A stretch of DNA of 64,000 nt from Hyaloraphidium curvatum SAG 235-1 (taxonomy: Eukaryota; Fungi; Monoblepharomycota). The notes beneath the pieces were generated by a model that saw only the letters and a program-made list of their open reading frames with translations, did no database searches and was not told the DNA's origin. Shown here piece by piece: positions 43,112 to 54,815 of this stretch. The DNA lies in contig JAIVFI010000032.1 of NCBI GenBank assembly GCA_025558095.1, forward strand, positions 310,001 through 374,000, read 5' to 3'. The position numbers were made by a program, and so were the translations under genes. Numbering within the stretch: position 1 is the first letter of the stretch; every line of letters begins with the position of its first letter.

Positions 43112-44576
43112 TCATCCCACCAGTGCCCTCCACGTCCCCGCGATGCCGCCCAGCGCCGCCAGCAAGCCGCAAGTTCCAACCAGAACCTTCTCCACCATCC
43201 CAATCCGGCCGCCAAACAGCGTCAGGTAGCATGTGCAAGAAAGACGACTGCGGTGGCGGAGCCGAAGGCCGATCCGAGGAGCACCGAGGCGCGCTGGAAG
43301 CCCGGGAAAAGCAAGGCGACGGTGATCACGAGGAGCATGAGGGATGTGCGGAGGAAGATGCGGGTGTCCGGGATTGGGAGGGGCGGAGCGGGGCGGGGAT
43401 CGGGAGAGGCTTCTGGCCGATCGCCGTCGGAAGCAGGCTGGGCTGCCTCTTCTTCGTCTTCGACGTCCGTCAGGAGAGGCACGTAGCTGTCCGTGTCCGT
43501 TCCACCTCTCGGCGCCGCCGGCCGCCCGCTCGGGCTGCCCTCAGCTGGGAGGCGGGGCGACGCCTCGAACACCCGCACCACCCTTCCTTCCAGCGCCCTC
43601 GCCACCGGCTCCGCCACGATCCCAATCTTGCTTAGCGGATTCGCCACGAACAACCCCACGCAGAGCTTCACGATCCACTTTGGGTATCGCGGCAGCGCGG
43701 CCAGGTTCGCCGTGATCTCGGGCATCGCCCACCTGCCGAACATCAGGTACCCCGCGCCCGAGAACGAGAGGTAGAACAAGAGCACGGAGAGGTAGGCGGC
43801 GCTGACGGCGTTGGGGAGGAGGGAAGGACGACGCATGTCCCGCGCGAGAGAGGGAAATACGATGTGCGAAGCGGCCGACATGACGAAAATGCCGAAGGAT
43901 GATGGGAGGTGCGTAATCCACTTGTCTGCAAAGAGTTGCGTGGGCGACGGGTGGAGAATGGAGCCGGTCGGGCCGTCTGGAGATGGTGGGGCGTCCAGGG
44001 GGAGGAAACCACATCCGAAGAGCGCCCCAACGAGAATTGCGATGGACACGATTCCTTCAAGACATTAGTCGTAAGCTAGGAAATGGCCAGCTTTCGACTT
44101 TTCTCACCGGTGATGCTCACAAAGCTCAGCCATCGCAGCTTGCCGAAGCAACCTAGAGGAACCGCCACCGCTGCAACCGCCAAATGAGCCCTGCCTCCCT
44201 CCCAAATGGGCGACAGCTCCCTCAGCGAGTCGACGCAGAGAATCACGTAGGTGACGGCCACGAGGAAGAGGTTAGAGAGCACCACGCCCCCGACGATCCT
44301 CTGGCCGGCCTCGCCAAAGGCAGCCCTTCCGATCCCGGCGTACGACTCAGGCTTCTTCCCCTCAACATCCTCGTGTTCCAGGCACCGAGCCAGCAGGCAG
44401 GCGGTCCAATATGCCGCACCGCACGCCGAGCAGACGAGGACCGCTCCTGGGACCCAGCCGACGAGGGAAAGCGCCCGGGGAAGCGCGAGTAGGCCCATCC
44501 CGATGAGCATGTTGATTGCATTGAGGAAGGTATGGAGGGAGGTCGAGGAGTGGGGCTGAGGGGGTTCGGCGGGCAT
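43112..44576 (-). CDS. AVT1-like amino acid transporter (Aa_trans/AAAP) with a 1-nt frameshift near the 3' end
   Basis: TFLNAINMLIGMGLLALP, SYAGIGRAAFG, LRWLSFVS, HIVFPSLARDMRRP, GYLMFG, VANPLSK, LLGSAF. The last helix CYLTLFGG...GIAGTWRALVG lies in another frame after about 43240. One intron at about 44057-44108. Confidence 0.85.
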
Positions 44577-44720
44577 CTTTGTACGGAAAGGGCGATGACG
44601 TGGACGCACAGCTGACTGTGGACGGTCGATCGTCTGATCTCTGAACCGGTCTGGCAAAATCACGATAGACAAGTAGTGCTCGAGAGGCCCAAATCAAACA
44701 TAGTCCTAACTCTGGGTCCA

Positions 44721-45621
44721 TTAAACTGTTAGGTTCCCTTCACTGGCCTCTACGCTCTCCCGGTACTTGATGAAGGAGCGGTTAGCCTCGATCTCGTTCA
44801 GCTCCCCTCCCAGGGCTTTTGGCAGGTGCTTTGCGTCCGGATACAGCGAAGCAACTTCGCCCTTGGCCACGAACGAGACCCGTGACGCGAAATCTTCGGA
44901 CATCATTGGTCTAATCAGCTTCCATACCGCGCCTGATGATCGATAACCGAGATTAGCTTGGCCAGATCGAAGACTGCTGAAAATAATGCCTACCAAACCA
45001 CGACGGCGCATTGTACATGATGAACTGGCGCACCCGGGTTGGATACTTGCCTTGGATGATGGCGAAGAACTGCAGGTTGGTCAGCTTTTGCGCCAATCTC
45101 TCCCCCGAGCGGCCTACCTGAGAGGCATAGGCGACACCAAAGTTCGACCAGCCCCAATCCGTCAGGTCCGCGGTGAAGCTGATGCCGTCGGTGGCGGCCG
45201 CCTCCTCCTCATTGATCGCCTTTAGGAGGTAGACGAGTGACCTCAGGAGCTCGTCCAGAGAGTCCTTGCCGGGGCGGAACCGCGCAGGGCGCATGTACAG
45301 ATTCCTCAGGCCCGATGCGGTGCGGCCGCCCGTGTAGATAAGAGTGTCGGTTTCGAGCTGCCTCTTGACGCTCGCCAGCGACAGCTTTCCGAGGTCGAGC
45401 TTCGTGGTGAGCTGGGCAAGGCCTTCCGCTGCCTTGCTGGCGGCGGGAACGTCGCCGTTGGCCGCGCGGAGGAGGGCGAGGAGCGAGGCATCGTCCGGCG
45501 GCCCGCTGATCTTCGACCGGAGCTCGTCGAGCACCGCCGCATTCTCCCTGATCTGCTCCGCGAGAGGGCGCTGCGGAGGAGGTCCCACGGTCCAGTCGAT
45601 AATGTCGAGCAGCGCGGGCAT
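44721..45621 (-). CDS. CRAL-TRIO (Sec14-like) lipid-binding protein, 3 exons
   Basis: DDASLLALLRAANGDV, YMRPARF, DLTDWGWSNF, QGKYPTRVRQFIMYNAPSWF, VWKLIRPMMS, LPKALGG. Confidence 0.9.
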
Positions 45622-46083
45622 TATGAGCGGGCCTGAGCACGACGACGCAACTCGAATCGGGAGCAAAGGTTGGTGTGCGGTGGGATCGGCGCGCGAAGTC
45701 AGCTGGGGATGTTGCGCCATTTTGCCGCCCGCTTGTTACGCCATTTCCCCCTGCGGGTGCCCTTGCGCTTAAAGAAGTGAGATAAGACGGCGACAGTCAA
45801 AATCAGGGCAATGGTTCCGAAAGTGAGCTCGCAAGGAACGGCGGTCAGGAAACACAGGAGGTAAGTGACGCACCTACCTCCCTGTTGACATTGATCTTCC
45901 CAACGCCGTGCATTGAAAGCCGGGGAGGCAGGTTCTGTGTATGCTGTGCGGTAGGGAGAGAATCAGTATAGCAGCTAGGTCGAAGCGGGAAGAGGGGGCG
46001 AATGATGGCGGGGCAAGGCTTGGCCACCGGGTGGGCCATCCCAGGCACTTCCTTGTCGAACGCTGCACGACCGAGAAACAGAC

Positions 46084-48655
46084 ATGGACGTCGGCCTGAC
46101 GTCCGAGGCTCTTCCTCCGACGTCGGAGCTGCCGACGGTTCACGAGCTTGTCGACCGTGTTGCTCTAGCCAATCCGAGCTACCCCGCTCTGGCGACGGTC
46201 CGCAACACGGTGTCTCTGGAAGCGTCGTACCTCGAGACGACGACATGGGGCGACCTGGTTGCCATTTCAAAGCGGGCTGCCTACTATCTGACAGCGCCGG
46301 AGTACGGGATCGGGCTCAAGCGGGGGTAAGAGGAGTCCCTCCGCAGCTGGGAGACATCTCACGGAATCCTCTTTTCGCACGCCATCTCCGCCGATGGACG
46401 CGACGAACCTCGCCCAATCGTCTTTGCCGATGCCACTCGTGTCTCGGGACGCGTCGAACCTTGCCGGATGTCGTTCTCGCGTTCCACCAACGGCCATAAA
46501 GCTCGACGGTCGCGCTCTGGGCCTCGAATCGCGCCGATACCTGGATGGCTTCCTTCCTCGCGTGTTCCCGGATCGGCGCCCTCGTCGTCAACTTGAACCC
46601 GCGGTTCCGTGAGGCCGAAATGGAGCACTTCCTCCGGACCGCCGATCCCGACCTGATCATCCTGGAGGACGGCCTCCTCGGCGTGGACTACCTCCGGATG
46701 GCGATCGAATGCGCGCCCACGGGCGGCAAGATGGCCGTCCTTAACCTCGGGAGCTCGAAAGGGGCTGTTCCCGAGGTTCGGGGGAGGGTGAAGAAGGTGG
46801 CCTCCCTGCCCCCCGGCTTCTCTTTCGACTGCCCCGATCCGGTGCCCGAGCTGCCTCCGGAATGTCGGGGTCAGGTCGATTCGCCGCTGGTCTGCTTCTC
46901 GACTTCGGGCACCACCGGTCCCAGCAAGCTCGCCATGCACACGCACCGGTCGGTGGTGCGGATGGCGGTCGACATCAGCTTCAACTGGGACATGCGGCCG
47001 GCAAAGGGGACCATGATGGAAGGGAAGCAGCGGTATGGGAAGGTCCTGGATTGGGGTGGCAGGAAGGAAGTGATGGAGCTGGACACGGGAGAGCCCACAT
47101 TTGAGAACCGGATCCGCGACGTCTCCCTTGTCTGCGTTCCTTACTGCGGAGGTGAGCCAGATGACGATCTGCAAGGAAGAAGGCTCATTTTGTTTCCAAA
47201 GCTTTTGGCTTCCACTCCGTCTTTTCCATGCTGATCGGCGCCGGCGGCACGGTCCTCATCCTAGATGGCGTGAGTTTTTGGAGCTGCAAGTTCTCATCCC
47301 CTGACGTGTTTTCCGCAAGTACAACCCCGACATCGCCGCCTACTACCTCCACAACTACTGCCCCCTCCCCATCCCCGACCCCCCCGCGCACCTCCGCGGC
47401 GCGACCCACGTCGGCCTGCCCGACGCCGTACACGCGGACCTGCTCGCCCGCGCGCACCTGTATGGTCGCGTGCCCTCGTCCCCGGGTGAGGTCGTCCCGT
47501 ATCCGGAGCGGCCGTACAAGAGGTGGCGCTACGCGCTCTCGAGCAACTTTGCGAACATCTGCAGGGAGGTGATCAGGAAGGCGCAGGCCGTGGTGCCGCA
47601 CATGTTCATGACCCAGTCGTACGGTGGGTCGGATCGCCGTGGGTTCGGGTTGCCGTGCTGATGTCCGGGGCAGGGATGAGCGAGTCCATGGCCAGCCTCG
47701 GCACATGGCCCCGCAGGCCGTACATGGAGCGGGTCGGCGGGGTGTGGACCCAGACGAGGGTGCCCGACGCGGAGGAGACGGGCCGGGCGGGCGGGTTCCT
47801 CAACAACGTGCTGGAGATGGACATCCGGGTCGTGGATCCGGATTCGGGCAAAGGTAGCTGCCAGCGAATCATGGCCCGTTTCAGCGCGGCTGATGGAAGC
47901 CCAATGGCAGCCCAACCCCCCGGACGGGACACTCCCGGGGAGATCCACCTACGCGGACCGCAGGTGCACGCGGGCTACCTCAACAACCCCGAGGCGACGG
48001 CCAAGAGCATCGTGCCAGCGGAGCAGGGCGATCCAGACCGGCGGCCGTGGTTCAAGACGGGGGACTTTGGCTACATTGCGGGGGGCGGCAAGGCCGACGG
48101 GTTCGCGTTCCTGAACAGGCTCGGGGACAGCTTGAGGCTCAGGGGTTTCTTGACGAATCCGGGTACGTCTGCGCTCGGAACGATGATCGGTTTCCCTGAC
48201 TGATCTCTTTGGCCCAGGTGAAATCGAAGACCTAATCAAGACCCACCCCGCGATCGTCGAGGCCCAGGTCGTCGGCTGCCAGCCGACCGTGACCGTCGGC
48301 GGCATCGTCCAGGACGCCGCGGGCACAGGCGACGTCCCCGTCGCCTTCGTGATCTTGCGTGAGGAGCTGAGGAAGGCGGCGGAGGAGGAGCGGGTCAAGA
48401 AGGAGGTCATCGCGCTCTGCAGGGAGAAGCTGGCGAACTACAAGGTTCCTGGTGAGTCGCTCCCCTTATCGGCTGCGAGTCCCTCTCTGAACCTGTGCAG
48501 CCGAAGTGTTCTATGTCACCGAGTACCCGGTCACCGTAGCAGCTAACGGTGTCAAGATTCAAAAGCACCGCCTGCGCGAGATGGCCCGGGAGCGTGGCGT
48601 GACGTTGACTCGCGGCCAAGGCCCGAGCGGTGCCAAGGTCGAAGCCAGGCTGTGA
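46084..48655 (+). CDS. AMP-binding acyl-CoA synthetase, multi-exon, C-terminal PTS1 (-ARL)
   Basis: FSTSGTTGPSK, QSYGMSE, GEIHLRGPQVHAGYLNNPEAT, WFKTGDFG, RLGDSLRLRGFLTNPGEIE, LANYKVP, ANGVKIQK; ends GAKVEARL-stop. Confidence 0.9.
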
Positions 48656-48889
48656 AACACTGTACGACATGGAGGTGGAGCTCAATTCATCGTTTGCTAT
48701 GTTACGAAAGACAGCATGCCCATCGTCGTCCTCTCTGCTCCGTCTGAAGAGCTGTTTTCGCCTCGAGATTCGGAGGCTCTTGGTTGGGTCAAAAGCCGCC
48801 CGCGCGCGACCTGTCGCCCATTGTTTGCCCACGAATCCCGGAGCGCTTGTGCCCTCCCGCGCCGTGCTCCCGCCGTTCCCGCACCGCCA

Positions 48890-50784
48890 ATGGTTGCGAC
48901 GGCCCCGGACATGGCAGCGACGCCGGTCGTGTCGCCGCCCGACGCGGCCAAGGACGGGAAGGACGGCTTCGACTACGAGGAGATTCTCAAGAGCCCGCTG
49001 ACGCCCGCGGCCGCCGAGGCCAACAAGGCGAAGACGGGATTCTGGACAAAACGGCGAGCAATCGTCGCCGGTGTTGTCGGTGGGGACCGCGGGGCGCGGG
49101 GCGCGAACCGTCCTCAGTTGCGTCCACCGCAGGCGCGCTTGTGCTGGCCGGCGTCGGTGCCGCGCTCGGAATCCTCCTCGCGCCCAAGCAGGCCGCTTCC
49201 CCGGCGCAGCCGGATATCGTCGGCTCCCCCGCGTCCGGCTCGGCCTCCCCCGCCGCGGGCTCCGGCTCGACCCCGCCGGCCGCGACACCCGCACAGCCGC
49301 CGGCGCCGCCCGCCCCCGCCTACCGCACGGGCCGCGCGGCACCGAAGAACTGCTCGCTCTCGCCGCTCACGGACCGGGTCACGCCGCCCGGCACTAACCG
49401 CCTGGAGCCGCCGTCCGCCTCGGCGCCGTACATCGGCTTCTCGCTCGAATGGGGCTGGGACCGGCCCGTGCGGCTGATCAGGAGGCTGGACGGCGCCCCG
49501 GCCATCATCGGCGCCTTCCTGCAGTCATACAGCCCGACGACCTGGGACCAGGACGCGTTCGACCTCTACGTCGGGGCCGCGATCAACATGACGAAGGAGG
49601 GCGACGCCGGACTGGTGAACCCCATCCTCAACCTGGCCCTCATGCCCGCGTATGAGCTGGACAAGCTCTCCGCCGAGACCATGACGGGCTGGGCAAAGCA
49701 GTTTGCGAGGGTTAACTGTTGGTGGATCGTCATGCGCGGCGGCCTTCCTCATTCTGATGGCTTGGTCCGCAGACCAGCTCGGCGTGCCGATCATGCTTCG
49801 CTTTGCGCACGAATTTAACGGCAACTGGTCAGTGGCCTTTTTTCGGTCTCGGCGCTCGTCATTGACGGGTCGCCTACTACGCTGCACAGGAACGAGTATG
49901 CTCAGAAGCCGGAGCAGTTCATCCGCAAGTGGCGCGAGTTCACGGGCATCGTGCGCGCTCACACCAACTTGACCGCCATGGTCTGGGCCCCTGTGAGCGT
50001 CACTCCATGCGTCTTTTCGGACTGCTCTCACCGCCTTGCAGAACGTCGCCGTCGGCTACCCCTACGGCTCGTCCCAGTTCTCGGCCAACCCCGGCACCCC
50101 CGACTTTGTCGCCCTGGACACCAACCAGGACGGCAAGGTGGACCAGCTCGACGACCCCTACTCCCCGTACTGGCCCGGCGCCGAGTTCGTCGACTGGGTG
50201 GCCGCCTCGATCTACTGGTTCGGCGGGCGCTGGCCCGAGGTGTTCAACAGCCCGCCCCCGGCGGGGTATCTCTCCACCACCATCCACGGCAACTCGACCG
50301 AGAGCGAAAACTACGGCCAGCCGGCGTGGGACTTCCACGAGATGTTCGCCCGTCGCTACAACAAGCCCATGATGATCCCCGAGTCGGGCGTGTCGTTCTA
50401 CTCCAGCAACAAGAGCGGGCCCGTGCCGGCAAACGAGGGCGAGCTGGCCATCAAGCAGGCCTGGTGGAGGCAGACATACAACGCGACCTTCTTCAAGGAG
50501 TTCCCGCTGCTCAAGGGGGTCACGCATTTTGAGGAGGCCAAATTGGAGGAGCGCGGCAACGTGGGCATCCCGGGTGCCTCCTTCGGAAGATCACGCTGAC
50601 CCGCTCCGTACCGCAGGTCACTTACCTGATCACCATGGAGCCGCAGATCCGCGATGCCTTCCTCAAGGACCTGCAGACCAACCCCGTGACGTGGGCCAGC
50701 GACGTGCTGCAGTGGGAATGCGACGGGAGGGTCTCCAAGGCTCCGCCCAAGGTCCAGAAGAGGGTGCTCAGGAGCGAGCTGTGA
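48890..50784 (+). CDS. GH26-like glycoside hydrolase, type II membrane protein, multi-exon
   Basis: Single N-terminal TM, Pro/Ser linker, MLRFAHEFNGNW (acid/base Glu), AMVWAPN, PYWPGAEFVDWV, KPMMIPESG (nucleophile Glu). Confidence 0.88.
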
Positions 50785-50795
50785 AGGGTGAGGGG

Positions 50796-50861
50796 CGAGG
50801 AGGGGCACATTCCATATTGAGCGGCCTTCGAGGAGGGGCACATTCCATATTGAGCGGCCTT
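50796..50861. repeat. Perfect 33-bp tandem duplication (2 copies)
   Basis: CGAGGAGGGGCACATTCCATATTGAGCGGCCTT at 50796-50828 and 50829-50861, with no spacer. Confidence 0.95.
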
Positions 50862-51028
50862 ATCAGGTATTGCCGCAATACATACGATGATGAAGACTTG
50901 ATTGCGGCTGGTCTCGCCTCGACGAAAGTGACGCCTTCGCTACCGCCTGCACTGTGGCGCGCCGATCGGCGGACCCACTGCCGATCCGCAATCTGTTTCC
51001 CGCCGCTGCACGCGTCGCATCGTCCGCA

Positions 51029-52597
51029 ATGGCGCCTCCACCCCCCTCCGACATCGATCTCGCAACCCTCACGCTCGCCGATGTGCGGGCCGGGCTGCTG
51101 TCGCGCCGGTTCACGGCCGAATCGCTGTGCGAAGCGCACCTCCAGCGGATCAAGAAGTTCGACAAGGCGTACAACGCGTTCACGCTGCTGAACCCGTCGG
51201 CGCTGGACGATGCGCGCAAGATCGACGCGCGCATCGCGAAGGGCGAGGATCCGGGGCCGCTCGCGGGGGTGCCCGTTGCCGTCAAGCACGCGATGGACGT
51301 CGCCGGTTTCCCGACGACGGGCGGCTATCCGGCCTATGCCAAGCCCGCAAACGGCCCTCCACTGGTTCCCGAGCGTGATGCGCCCGTCGTGGCGCGCGTC
51401 CGCGCCGCGGGAGGCATCGTCATCGGGCACACCAACATCCCGGCGTTCAGCTACGACGGTGCCCGCACCACCGGCTCGTGGGCCGGGACGACGTACAATG
51501 CCGTCGACCGGCGGATCGTTCCCGGTGCCAGTTCGGCCGGGACTGCGACCGCCGTAGCCGGGGGCTTCGCGGTCGTCGGCCTCGCGGAAGAGACTGGGGG
51601 CTCCATCCAGAACCCGGCCGCCGCACAGTCTCTGGTCGGAATCAAGCCCACTTTCGGCCTCGTGCCGAACGCTGGCGTGGTTCCGATTGCAGGATCAACG
51701 CGCGACGTGGTCGGACCGCACGCGCGGACCGTCAGGGACGCCGCCATTCTCCTTGACGTCCTCGCCGGTTTCACGTCCGAAGACCCCAAGACGGTCGCGA
51801 GCATCGGCAACATCCCCACCGGCGGATACACGAGCAAGCTGTCGCCCGATGCCCTCAAGGGAGCGAAGCTGGGAACCTACGGACCCGGCTGGCGCGCCGA
51901 GCCCCTGTCCGGCGAGACGACCAAGCTGTACCAGACAGCGCTGGACGAGCTCGCCAAGCTGGGGGCTTTGCTCGTCAAGGATCCGCTCGCGGGCACCGAT
52001 TTCGCTTCGCTGACCAAGAAGATCAACGGGTTCGACCGCCGCGGCTTCGAATCCATCGTCTACGACTTTGAAGCATACCTGCGCCGCTTGGGCTCCTCGT
52101 GCCCCGTCAAGAACCTTGCCGAGCTGGCAGCCTACACCGGCGTGGATCCGTTCGCCGAGGGCCAGATCTTCTCGAACCTTGCACCGGACGCCGAGATCGG
52201 CGGTGTCGTCAAGGCCTCCCTCGCCGACCGCGCCACCCCGCCCGACCTCTCCGGCTTCCTCGCCGCGCGCAACGCCTTCCTCCGCACCCTGTACGCGGCC
52301 ATGGACGCGCACGACCTCGACGCCTTCGTCTTCCCGCAGACCTCCTCCCGCCTCCCCTTCGTCGAAGGCGACGCCCGCTTCCCATCCACCACGGTCTCGG
52401 AGATCAACATCGCCGGCGTGCCGCTGGTCGTCGTCCCCGCGGGCCGGTACCCCAACGGGTCGCCGTTCGCGCTCGTGTTCGTGGGGAGGATGTGGGACGA
52501 GGCAAAGCTGCTGGCGCTGGCGTACGCGTATGAGGCGGCGGGCTCGAGGCGGATCGTGCCGGTGCTGGAGGAGCCCGGGCCCAAGGCAAAGATCTGA
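51029..52597 (+). CDS. Amidase signature family enzyme, intronless, PTS1-like -AKI tail
   Basis: GPLAGVPVAVK (catalytic Lys), PGASSAGTA, EETGGSIQNP (nucleophile Ser), GIKPTFGLVP, GPHARTVRDAA, LLALAYAYE. Confidence 0.93.
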   Translation: MAPPPPSDIDLATLTLADVRAGLLSRRFTAESLCEAHLQRIKKFDKAYNAFTLLNPSALDDARKIDARIAKGEDPGPLAGVPVAVKHAMDVAGFPTTGGYPAYAKPANGPPLVPERDAPVVARVRAAGGIVIGHTNIPAFSYDGARTTGSWAGTTYNAVDRRIVPGASSAGTATAVAGGFAVVGLAEETGGSIQNPAAAQSLVGIKPTFGLVPNAGVVPIAGSTRDVVGPHARTVRDAAILLDVLAGFTSEDPKTVASIGNIPTGGYTSKLSPDALKGAKLGTYGPGWRAEPLSGETTKLYQTALDELAKLGALLVKDPLAGTDFASLTKKINGFDRRGFESIVYDFEAYLRRLGSSCPVKNLAELAAYTGVDPFAEGQIFSNLAPDAEIGGVVKASLADRATPPDLSGFLAARNAFLRTLYAAMDAHDLDAFVFPQTSSRLPFVEGDARFPSTTVSEINIAGVPLVVVPAGRYPNGSPFALVFVGRMWDEAKLLALAYAYEAAGSRRIVPVLEEPGPKAKI

Positions 52598-52819
52598 TTC
52601 CGGAATGGAAGTAATCAGGAGCGAGAGAATGACTCTGAAGAGTGTAGATCAACGGGGCACAGCTGAGTAGGAAACGTGCGAACAGAATAATTGCGCGTAC
52701 TTTGAAGCTTGTTGGACTCGTGTCGAGGTGAATGGAAGTGTCAGACGCCTTGCGAGGAGACCAAGAGATCGGAGGGCGAAGGCGGAGAAACCCTCCAAAC
52801 ACCGCTCGAATTCAACGCC

Positions 52820-54073
52820 ATGCTGGGCCACGAAATCGAGTCAACGGGGGTGCCTTTGCTCTCACATGATCCTCAGAGCTCCGCCGACGGACCCAGCGGC
52901 TCGGCCGCGGCGGGATCCGGACCCGCCACGGAGGGAGCTCACGGACCCTGCCGCGCCGCCCCGTCGCTGGACACGCTGCCTGCCGAACTGCTGGCCATGA
53001 TCCTCGCGCGAAAGGAACTCTCTCTTCACGACACGTACGGCCTGCGGTTCCTTTGCAGGAGCGTCGGGGGCGCAGCGACGGCCGAGTTCTACCGCCGTGC
53101 CTCCGCGACCGTTGCGGAGCGGAACTTGGCGATCCTTAAGGAGTTCATCCGAGAAAATCGTGCCACAACCTCAGTCGTCGTTGGCCCCAACATTCTCCCC
53201 GACGCGGCGATCGATGGCGGCGACCGGGTGGGACCATTCACGCTAGGTCTGATCCTGGCGAAATGTGGCATGCCTGCCGAGTCGGTTATGGTCTACCACC
53301 TTGCGAAGGAGTTTACCGCAAAGGAGGATTACATAGTTGCGAACGCCGCTGACTTGTTGCGGGGCATGGGAGCAGATGGCGTCGCTTTCGCTGCTCATTG
53401 GGACCCTCTTTTGACCCAAACCGTGCTTGGTCGACATTCACGTCAAGAGCTGCTCACCTTGCTTCTGCCACTGAGTTGGTTCCTCAAATGCTTGGGCTTC
53501 GAGGGCGAGGCATTGACCGGAATGGCCCTGGAAGCTCCGCTAGAGATTCGCTGGGCGTTGCTTTCCGAGGTCATGGGTTGGCGCTTGCACCGAGGGCCAA
53601 TGCCAATGATATTGCTCGTTACATTCACTCAAAAGATCTTCCCAACCCTCGTGAAACGGCTCTACAGCGAGTTGGACTCGCCTCCTGGAGCTCCCATATG
53701 GACGAAAGAGTTTGTCGACTGTGTGGCAGATGCCCTTTCTTTCCTCGATTGGCCATGTATTGCCGCTGTGCTTGCGCGCTGCGAGCAGCTAACACCTGGC
53801 GTGGCTGCCTACGTTGCCGTGAAACAGCTCCGGTTCCCGCCCGAATACCTGCTTTCTTGCTTTCTCGCCCACAAGCTTCCGGGGAACTTCCTGGCGGTCG
53901 TGATAAGCTTCCCCTCAGCGCTCGTTGCAGTTCTTTTCGGGTCTCTCCAGGGATCCCAACACTTTCGGTCTTTTGATCGCGACCATGATCCGGAAGGAGA
54001 TGTGGCCTGTGCACACGTGCCCGAATCACCCAAAGATGCTGTATCAGACGGTGTGAAGGACTGGGCCGGCTAG
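52820..54073 (+). CDS. F-box-like protein with helical C-terminal region (3' end uncertain)
   Basis: SLDTLPAELLAMILARKELSLHDTYGLRFLCRS within an open frame of about 417 aa. Confidence 0.62.
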   Translation: MLGHEIESTGVPLLSHDPQSSADGPSGSAAAGSGPATEGAHGPCRAAPSLDTLPAELLAMILARKELSLHDTYGLRFLCRSVGGAATAEFYRRASATVAERNLAILKEFIRENRATTSVVVGPNILPDAAIDGGDRVGPFTLGLILAKCGMPAESVMVYHLAKEFTAKEDYIVANAADLLRGMGADGVAFAAHWDPLLTQTVLGRHSRQELLTLLLPLSWFLKCLGFEGEALTGMALEAPLEIRWALLSEVMGWRLHRGPMPMILLVTFTQKIFPTLVKRLYSELDSPPGAPIWTKEFVDCVADALSFLDWPCIAAVLARCEQLTPGVAAYVAVKQLRFPPEYLLSCFLAHKLPGNFLAVVISFPSALVAVLFGSLQGSQHFRSFDRDHDPEGDVACAHVPESPKDAVSDGVKDWAG

Positions 54074-54376
54074 AGGGCTGGACTAGGGCCCGGCCGCACA
54101 GGGTGATGGTTCTCCGAGCTTCTGTCGTGGGCCCTGGGGTGATTAGAGATGAACTCGACCTTTGAATGACGCTGAATCCGGGGGTAGCGAAGGGTTGTTT
54201 ACGCTTATCTCAGAGGGACGCGAAGCTTCGGGAGCTTGTCCGAAGCTCACCGGCCCAGCTCAGGAAGTGCTAGAGGAGACTGGCTAGGTCTCGGGCCGCA
54301 GCCTAGGATTTCCGGCTAGCTGCGTGGCCCGGACCTCCACAACGGGCTGGATCACAGCTGGCATGTCACCACGCTC

Positions 54377-54748
54377 ATGATTGTTCTGGTATTGAGAACG
54401 CCCGATTTTGATCACGGCGAGCTGGGAAGATTCGCGGTAGCGAATCATGCGGATCTCCACGAACGGGCAACCGAGGCACACGAGTTGGCGATCACTGAAC
54501 TGAAGAAGAGAGGCATGTACGACGCGGCAACATTGGAAAGGTTGCAGAAGGTTGCAACCGCACTGCAGCGCGTGCCATCGGCGGAGGAGTTGGAGGAGCT
54601 GCACCGCTGCAAGAGGTGGTGCGCTTTGGCGGGTCGTGAACCCTCCGAGAAGGAGGACGCAACTGAATCCACGTCGGACCATGGGAATGATGAGAACGGA
54701 GCCGAGCAAGAGCCGGACACTTGGAGCGTTGATGAAGCTGATCCTTAG
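54377..54748 (+). CDS. Hypothetical short ORF or detached 3' fragment of the upstream gene
   Basis: 123-aa helical ORF with an acidic tail; no recognisable domain. Confidence 0.3.
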   Translation: MIVLVLRTPDFDHGELGRFAVANHADLHERATEAHELAITELKKRGMYDAATLERLQKVATALQRVPSAEELEELHRCKRWCALAGREPSEKEDATESTSDHGNDENGAEQEPDTWSVDEADP

Positions 54749-54815
54749 CCGAACGACGGTCCGCGGATGCTTCAGATATAGTGTTTTCGCATAAAGGTAC
54801 GAAACAGAGTCCGAA

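Noticed and set aside
50796-50861. 33-bp repeat as a CRISPR array
   Set aside because: Only two abutting copies, no spacer, no cas genes, eukaryotic context.
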